64,000 bases of DNA from Eledone cirrhosa (taxonomy: Eukaryota), in the NCBI GenBank assembly GCA_964016885.1, contig OZ024746.1:76818001-76882000 (forward strand), in the 5' to 3' direction. Under the pieces are notes generated by a model that ran no database searches, was not told the origin of the DNA, and saw nothing but the letters and a program-made list of their open reading frames with translations. Positions 34,901 to 64,000 of this stretch are shown here, piece by piece. Made by a program: the position numbers and the translations under genes. The first letter of the stretch is position 1, and every line of letters begins with the position of its first letter.

Positions 34901-37460
34901 ACAACATATATTAAGGCCAATTACCCAGCTAAGGCAGAAGTTAGCCTTGCAAAACCACATGACAAGCTTCTCCATTTTGCCTTGTCCTCTGCATCCTCAC
35001 CTCACCAAATCCCTAGTTTTTACTTCCTCTGCCATCACCTTTAGCCACGTTTCTTGGTGTTCCACTTCCTCTACTTCCTTCCACTCTTATTTCCATGACT
35101 CCTCATATCCAATCACTTTCATCCTTCCTCAACATAAGACCCAACCATCTCATTGCATTTCTTTTAACAACGTTCACCACTGGCTATCACTCTTTCACCC
35201 AGCCATCTTCATCCTTCAACACATGACTCAACCAACCATCTCATTATATTGCTCTTCACAACATTCATCAATGGCTCCATTTGCTTCATCCAATCATTTT
35301 CATTCTTCTCAACACATGACCCAACCATATTCCATTTCTCTTCACAACATTCATCATTGATTCTATTCTTCTTACCCAGTCACTTTCATCTTTCAACACG
35401 TGACCCAACCACCCCATACCATTTCTCTTTAGAACATTCGTCATCCTCTGCAATTTATTGCAATATACAAATCAAACAAACACCAAGAGTGCATACTGTC
35501 ACCTTACCTATTCCTTATTTACATGAACAGGATTGACATGCACAGCCAAGTTGGAAGTAGTATCATGACTGGTGGGTGTAAAATCAGTTGGCTGGAATTT
35601 GCAAACGACATGGTATTAGTTAACTTAACAGAAGATGATCTTCAACTTGCACTTGATAGGTTTGATGCCGAGTGCTGCATGGCTGGAATGAAAAGCAGTG
35701 CTGCGAAAACTGAGACACTTGTCCTCTCAAGGAAGCCTGTGCATTGCACTCTACATGTTTGAGGACTCTGCCCGAACGACCCTGACAGGAATAAGTGGGC
35801 AAAGAAGAAGAAATATAAACACTTAAGCAAGAGGGACTAAACAAGACAATTGTGCTCAATAGGAGGTGAATAACACACTCCTATGGTTGTAAACCATGAA
35901 GGATGATAACTAAGATCATTTTATAATTGTGTTGAGAGTAATGGGAAAGCTTCAAAAAGGATACTTTCTTGACGACGTCTTAAGTTTTCTGTTTCTTGAT
36001 ACACTGGGAGAATTGTATTTTCTAGCTTGCATAATCTTGTTTCAAAACTGTTTAGGATTGCTAACATGTTTTGTGTATTTGTATTGCTTTTATTAAGAGA
36101 CTCCTTCAGTACAGATAGATTGTACATCTCCTGCAATGAAAAAAAATCAAACTTTATTGTTAATGTATAGAAATAGGGATTGGGGAACTCTTTACATTCT
36201 GAGTTCAAATCCCGCCGAGGTTAACTTTGCCTTTCATCCTTATGGGGTCGATAAAATAAAGCACCAGAAACGCACTGGGATAATTACTGGCTTTGTGCCC
36301 CAAATCGAAACAATTATTACGGCATAGAAATAATAATTTAAAAAAAAAAAACGAGATTTGTTGTAATGTTGATTTGGGGGAGATCTTTCTTTACACAGAA
36401 TGTAAACAATGAAACTGACATTTTCTGTTGTGTGTGTGTATCCAAACATCACAGAGATGTTCCAAAATACGCATGTATACATATTGTTGAAGTAGCTAGC
36501 GGTGGTATGTAATAATAACGGACCAGGAAAAATGGAGCTGTAATAAAAAATATTTTATTTTATTACAATAGTTTTCATTTAAGCAGTTGGCGGAGAATGT
36601 CGGTAAATGTCGATTTCAGTGTTTACATTTACAATAGATCGCCGATTTTTCTTTCATCTAGAATGGTTTTTGAATTGGCCGGCCCAGTAAAGGGGTGGAC
36701 AATGTGCTTTAGGTTTAATTGTGTACGACCAAGGCCGACTTTCCTTTTCATCCTTCCATGGTTGATAAAATATAGTACCAGTGAAGTACTCGAGTCGATT
36801 TAACTGACTGTTCCCTCCCCTGAAATCTCCGTCCTTGTATATATGTAAGAAATTATTCGGGAAATTGACTGGCAGAATAGTTAGAATGTCGGACAAAATG
36901 CCTTGCAGTATTTAGCTAGAGCTCTTTACGTTCGGGGCGCTTTTCATCTTTTCGGGGTCGATAAAATAAAGTGCCAGTCAAGTACTTGGGTCGATTAAAT
37001 CGATTTCCTTTTCCCCAACATTACTGGCCTTATGCCTAAAGTAGAAATCATTATCATTAACTTTTTAGAAATCTATCAATTACAAGCAATAAAACCAAAA
37101 CAAACAAAAAATATTGTGAATGGTAGAAATATTCATTTTTTTTCTCTTTAAAACATGTAACCTTCTCATTGAAACCACTATTATCAGCTGTGTTGGTAAC
37201 AGTGGTGGGTTAAGAATGGGATGGCTGACTGGTTTGTAGCTAGGGACACGACAATATTTATAAGGCCCCAAATTAAGTTTTTGCAACCCTAAATAACACT
37301 CAAGGGCTTTGATGAAAATTTCAGCCAGGAGCCCCGATGCAAGCCTTAACCGCCCCTGGTTGCTAATGACGAAAAAATAAAAAGTTGTCATCAAATTACG
37401 CACCTTCTCGAGTTTTCTGTCAATGTCTGCTTTCAGCACTGAAATATCATCCATATCCAT
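8333..37460 (-). CDS. EXOC7: Exocyst complex component 7 (Exo70), about 697 aa, 22 coding exons
   Basis: All exons join in frame with GT-AG introns (2094 nt in total). Recognisable Exo70 motifs: SFETRL.KLE.TI.PV, PKDGTVHELT, IFLLNNYNYI, RQNIKDKF.GFN, AIPD..LR, F.KNPDKYIKY..FFDASA*. Confidence 0.96.
10343..10551. mobile_element. TTAA-flanked MITE family A (opposite orientation to the 6552 copy)
   Basis: TTAA-CCCTTTAGCATT...AATGCTTAAGGG-TTAA. Confidence 0.8.
11011..11052 (-). CDS. EXOC7: EXOC7 exon 21 (LKDKERQNIKDKFT)
   Basis: ttcag / gtaagt. Confidence 0.93.
12088..12791. mobile_element. TTAA-type MITE family B split by a SINE plus an inverted RTE piece
   Basis: Left half TTAACCCTTTTGATAC..TTTAAAGTGTTTA; right half TATTTATATAAAAACC..AAAAGGGTCAA; same family as the copies near 21590-21762, 44845-45096 and 55557-56071. 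Confidence 0.65.
12163..12505 (-). mobile_element. tRNA-derived SINE (CORE-like centre, RTE-like tail)
   Basis: Near-identical to 46844-47185 (+) and 59433-59996 (-); head GGAGGCA.ATGGCTTAGTGGTTAGAGC...GTTCAATTC. Confidence 0.85.
12806..13965 (-). mobile_element. Degraded 5'-truncated RTE LINE with 13-bp TSD
   Basis: Minus-strand remnants LFNLRRL..ELLYAGD, FIYLGS and QLRWL.RV.QM..SRIPKQ; GGTAAAAATGTTA duplicated at 12793-12805 and 13966-13978. Confidence 0.85.
14764..14845 (-). CDS. EXOC7: EXOC7 exon 20 (SWSRVLHYI...ELAK)
   Basis: cttag / gtaatt. Confidence 0.92.
14974..15069 (-). CDS. EXOC7: EXOC7 exon 19 (SGLLDFI...KNYSQ)
   Basis: tgcag / gtatca. Confidence 0.92.
15433..15900 (-). mobile_element. 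Degenerate CRE-like LINE fragment
   Basis: Minus strand reads ..SLRLGLWISEPHKCHCG..LLSCR..HAALNEVIK.., with stops; homologous to 150-900. Confidence 0.65.
16182..16302 (-). CDS. EXOC7: EXOC7 exon 18 (KVLSELGLNL...IFLLNNYNYIIKSLK)
   Basis: ttacag / gtgagt. Confidence 0.95.
16737..16794. repeat. (AG)n microsatellite
   Basis: Pure GA dinucleotide run. Confidence 0.95.
17129..17200 (-). CDS. EXOC7: EXOC7 exon 17 (TDPSAPS...KLADYI)
   Basis: ttacag / gtaaat; phase 1-1. Confidence 0.88.
18665..19110 (-). mobile_element. Degenerate CRE-like LINE fragment (RLE region)
   Basis: Remnants RCLIWDVTVSD.F and AFEVFGG.W.L..WLFQ on the minus strand. Confidence 0.65.
19594..19654. repeat. (AG)n microsatellite
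   Basis: Pure GA run. Confidence 0.95.
19823..19864 (-). CDS. EXOC7: Candidate EXOC7 alternative cassette exon (42 nt, ELGSIMFSFTVSFL)
   Basis: Acceptor attttcttacag, donor AG|gtaaag, symmetric phase 1-1, no stop codon. Not required for frame continuity. Confidence 0.4.
   Translation of the reverse strand, partial: SWVPLCSALQCHF
21515..21581 (-). CDS. EXOC7: EXOC7 exon 16 (TIIFLVQL...AGAMLMKY)
   Basis: ttcag / gtaact. Confidence 0.92.
21808..21870 (-). CDS. EXOC7: EXOC7 exon 15 (IDPEKVSNMPKDGTVHELTNH)
   Basis: ctag / gtaagt; hallmark PKDGTVHELT motif. Confidence 0.95.
22649..22687 (-). CDS. EXOC7: EXOC7 exon 14 (GAKALDDFIENIK)
   Basis: gtag / gtaagt. Confidence 0.92.
22758..23081. mobile_element. 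Tigger/pogo-like MITE (TA TSD) inserted in a family-B MITE
   Basis: TA-CAGTTGTCCCTC..TATTCGTGG ... CCACGAATA..GGGGTACATTG-TA; the flanks continue the family-B sequence; internal poly(A). Confidence 0.6.
23428..23487 (-). CDS. EXOC7: EXOC7 exon 13 (GCQAPTRSKL...LDST)
   Basis: atag / gtaagt. Confidence 0.92.
24580..25200. mobile_element. Tc1/mariner-pogo-like non-autonomous element
   Basis: Imperfect TIRs ACACTTACTC..GTATAAGTCACAC and GTGTGACTTATACGCAAGTGTAT. Confidence 0.55.
25234..25353 (-). CDS. EXOC7: EXOC7 exon 12 (AIAANAKK...FDLTLE)
   Basis: ctag / gtgtgt; frame-consistent. Confidence 0.92.
25530..25892 (-). repeat. Three head-to-tail copies of a ~95-bp two-hairpin retroposon-like unit separated by (TA/TG)n
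   Basis: Unit CCTATGCAGATTTAG..CTCATAGGAGG..TGATAGG.....GTCCTATCA occurs three times; also at 42246-42486. Confidence 0.75.
26603..26707 (-). CDS. EXOC7: EXOC7 exon 11 (SEAQLM...VSEGE)
   Basis: ttcag / gtagtt; frame-consistent. Confidence 0.92.
27678..27784 (-). CDS. EXOC7: EXOC7 exon 10 (HRRTG...LLKLMQ)
   Basis: gtag / gtaagg; frame-consistent. Confidence 0.9.
29027..29076 (-). CDS. EXOC7: EXOC7 exon 9 (YLKKASTSLIKSSFES)
   Basis: tttag / gtaagt; phase 2->1 links exons 8 and 10. Confidence 0.8.
29594..29652 (-). CDS. EXOC7: EXOC7 exon 8 (TGKIRPTKEMTPWKALKFPG)
   Basis: tttag / gtaatt; needed for frame continuity together with exon 9. Confidence 0.8.
30560..30629 (-). CDS. EXOC7: EXOC7 exon 7 (LKEHLKSASG...SPAL)
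   Basis: ttcag / gtaagt; frame-consistent. Confidence 0.9.
31037..31205 (-). CDS. EXOC7: EXOC7 exon 6 (ELQSG...LEHLPE...VRSLHG)
   Basis: ccag / gtgagt; frame-consistent. Confidence 0.92.
31630..32049. mobile_element. TTAA MITE family A containing a SINE
   Basis: TTAA at 31630-31633 and 32046-32049. Confidence 0.85.
31841..32013 (+). mobile_element. Young tRNA-derived SINE with 19-bp TSD
   Basis: ATTATATATAGAGTAATGT at 31822-31840 and 32014-32032; nearly identical to 2865-3048. Confidence 0.9.
32252..32369 (-). CDS. EXOC7: EXOC7 exon 5 (VQLFEDG...PVPPILILDMLGTDE)
   Basis: gtag / gtatgt; frame-consistent. Confidence 0.92.
33098..33206 (-). CDS. EXOC7: EXOC7 exon 4 (PIASGLEKYL...ELTEV)
   Basis: ctag / gtaagt; frame-consistent. 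Confidence 0.92.
34479..34563 (-). CDS. EXOC7: EXOC7 exon 3 (NIDKTMSTLDNVLGYY...KEG)
   Basis: U12 branch site TTCCTTAAT then accag; donor gtgagt. Confidence 0.93.
34564..35964 (-). other. EXOC7: U12-type (minor spliceosome) GT-AG intron, EXOC7 intron 2
   Basis: 5' splice site GTATCCTTTT; branch site TTCCTTAAT at 34580-34572 followed by ATAACCAG; no polypyrimidine tract. Confidence 0.9.
35965..36130 (-). CDS. EXOC7: EXOC7 exon 2 (EMYNLS...LRRRQE)
   Basis: Acceptor ttgcag; donor GTATCCTTT (U12-type). Confidence 0.93.
37404..37460 (-). CDS. EXOC7: EXOC7 coding exon 1 (MDMDDISVLKADIDRKLEK)
   Basis: ATG at 37460; donor gtgcgt; phase 0. Confidence 0.85.
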
Positions 37461-37935
37461 TTTGACAAAAGGTATCTGCAGAAATCCTCACACAACTAAC
37501 ACCACACATAAAACATTCACACACACAAGCATCAACTCCGATGGTCGTCTTTTCACTCTGTTAGAGAGAGGCGAGGTCCCCCTCTTCCTTCGTTTTTGCT
37601 TCTACCTCTTACTACTACTATTATCACACCCCAAACTTCAGTTGTCACTTTCTTTTAATCGTTTTACGGCTGTCGTTCTTTGATTTAGATACATAAATCA
37701 TAAAATAGAAAAACAACCAAAATATGTCATGCATGTTGATATTATTAATCAAATCAGTTTAACATAAATAAATAATACCAAGACATTTTAATTATTATTT
37801 CACTAATTTTCTAACGACATTTCGACATTTTTCGGTGCAAGGTCACGTGGTTAACTATGGCGGCGTAAAGCATCAACTTAATATATATTTTAGTTTACTT
37901 TCCTATTATCTGTTAATCGATTTAAACGAACAAAA
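37461..37935. promoter_or_regulatory. Shared bidirectional promoter / 5'UTR region of EXOC7 and WBP11
   Basis: Divergent ATGs 475 bp apart; E-box GTCACGTG at 37842-37849; YY1-like ATGGCGGCG at 37857-37865; locally CpG-richer and free of recognisable repeats. Confidence 0.7.
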
Positions 37936-62544
<24,609 letters not shown>

Positions 62545-62775
62545 ATACCTTTCTGCTGTTGAAAACTTCTTCGGGGGTGGGGGTGTTTTATTTGTTCTTC
62601 TTGCGTGTCGTTTGCAAGATTACAGCCTTAGCCTGGGCATTTTGTCTTATATCCAGCATACCTGCCATATCCTGTGGCTATCCTGTACGTTGTCATTATT
62701 AGCAACATAAACAACACATCTTAATTAAATTACTGATTGTGATGATAGTGATGATGATATATATTCATATACATA

Positions 62776-62820
<45 letters not shown>

Positions 62821-63224
62821 CTCAAACTCATTTAGAATCTGCAACAGAATCGTATGTGGTGAAAGCCTATTACAAAAACAATAGCTCTCACCACATGATC
62901 TCATTAGAATTATCTCTTCAAGATTACATGGAGTTCTAACAATGTTATTGGCCCTACTATAAACAGGTAAATACCAGTATATATATATATTTTATTATAT
63001 CATTATTTCACCTCCATTTTTCCATGTTGGTGTGGTTTGAATATGTCATCACTGACCAAGTCAGCGTGCTACTGGCCCATCATTCAGAGGTCAATAACTC
63101 CAATTAAGTACTGAATTGATCTATGATGACCTGTTCAACCCATGTCCACATGGAAGAATGGGATGTTAAATGATGATGATGCTATATGTATTTGTGTAAA
63201 TAGGGAACAGATTTTCTTTTAAAC

Positions 63225-63457
63225 ATGTTATATTAAAAAACACAACTGTGTTTAAGTTCCTTCTTTTTCTTTAAGGATTTTTCATATTTCCTTATTTCTA
63301 TTCTGAAGATAAAGCTGTGAAGGTCTGAAAAATATTAATAGACTAATGGATTTGGGAAACTACCATTTCAAACCAAACAAAGATTTAAGGAGGAAATATG
63401 AAAAATCCTTAATATAAAAGATCAAACTTGAACACAGTTGTGTCTTTGATGTAACAT
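63225..63457. mobile_element. Foldback/MITE-like element with ~65-bp imperfect inverted arms
   Basis: ACACAACTGTGTT..TTAAGGATTTTTCATATTTCCT vs AGGAAATATGAAAAATCCTTAA..AACACAGTTGTGT. Confidence 0.7.
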
Positions 63458-63563
63458 CATCATCATCAACATCATCATCATCATCATCATCATCAACATC
63501 ATCATCATCATCATCATCATCGTCATCGTCATCATCGTTGTCATCATCATCATCATCATCATC
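63455..63563. repeat. (CAT)n microsatellite (retroposon tail)
   Basis: CAT run with CAA/CGT variants, adjoining an RTE-like tail sequence. Confidence 0.9.
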
Positions 63564-63691
63564 ACTATTTAATGTCTGCCTTCCCTGCTAGCAAGGGTTG
63601 GACAGGTCTTCACAAACCAAGTCAGTACTAGTATGTATGTATGTATGCATGCATGTATGAGTTTATATATATATATACACACACACACATG

Positions 63692-63728
<37 letters not shown>

Positions 63729-64000
63729 GTATGTGTGTATATGCATATCCTGGACGATGAAATTACAGCCTAGTTTGTACAGAACACCTTTATTGAATTG
63801 GTTCTATGACTACACTACATCTGCCTCCCTCTCAACTCTCTTCCTCCTCTCTCTCTCTCTCTACATTTTGTGATCTCGAGTGCATTATGGATTGTCTAAA
63901 CAAACTAAAACTCCTACATTATTGCCATTGATATATATATATATAGGGTGGCGAATTGACAAACTCCTACATTATTGCCATTGATATATATATAGGGTGG

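Noticed and set aside
34863-35536. 165-aa and 95-aa ORFs
   Set aside because: Antisense readings of tandemly repeated RTE-like 3' remnants (also at 27880-28330 and 57930-58230); no coherent protein.

Overview
AT-rich, repeat-dense eukaryotic (metazoan) genomic DNA. The SINE/MITE repertoire and microsatellite content suggest an octopus/cephalopod; this is inference. I reconstructed three spliced genes by hand, with frame-consistent GT-AG junctions. (1) EXOC7/Exo70 on the minus strand: 22 coding exons, 37460->8333, about 697 aa, with a U12-type intron 2 and a candidate 42-nt cassette exon. (2) WBP11 on the plus strand: 14 coding exons, 37936->62544, about 636 aa, head-to-head with EXOC7 with only 475 bp between the ATGs. 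(3) A small two-coding-exon plus-strand gene (3220-5988, 166 aa) encoding a stand-alone TIR-like domain resembling TICAM/TRAM adaptors; the ORF track captures only part of it. Introns are packed with tRNA-derived SINEs, TTAA-flanked (piggyBac-like), hAT-like and Tigger-like MITEs, and RTE, CR1/L2-like and CRE-like LINE fragments. Several of these are nested, and there are several long inverted repeats. Most short ORFs in the track are spurious readings of repeats. No tRNA, rRNA or CRISPR arrays are supported.
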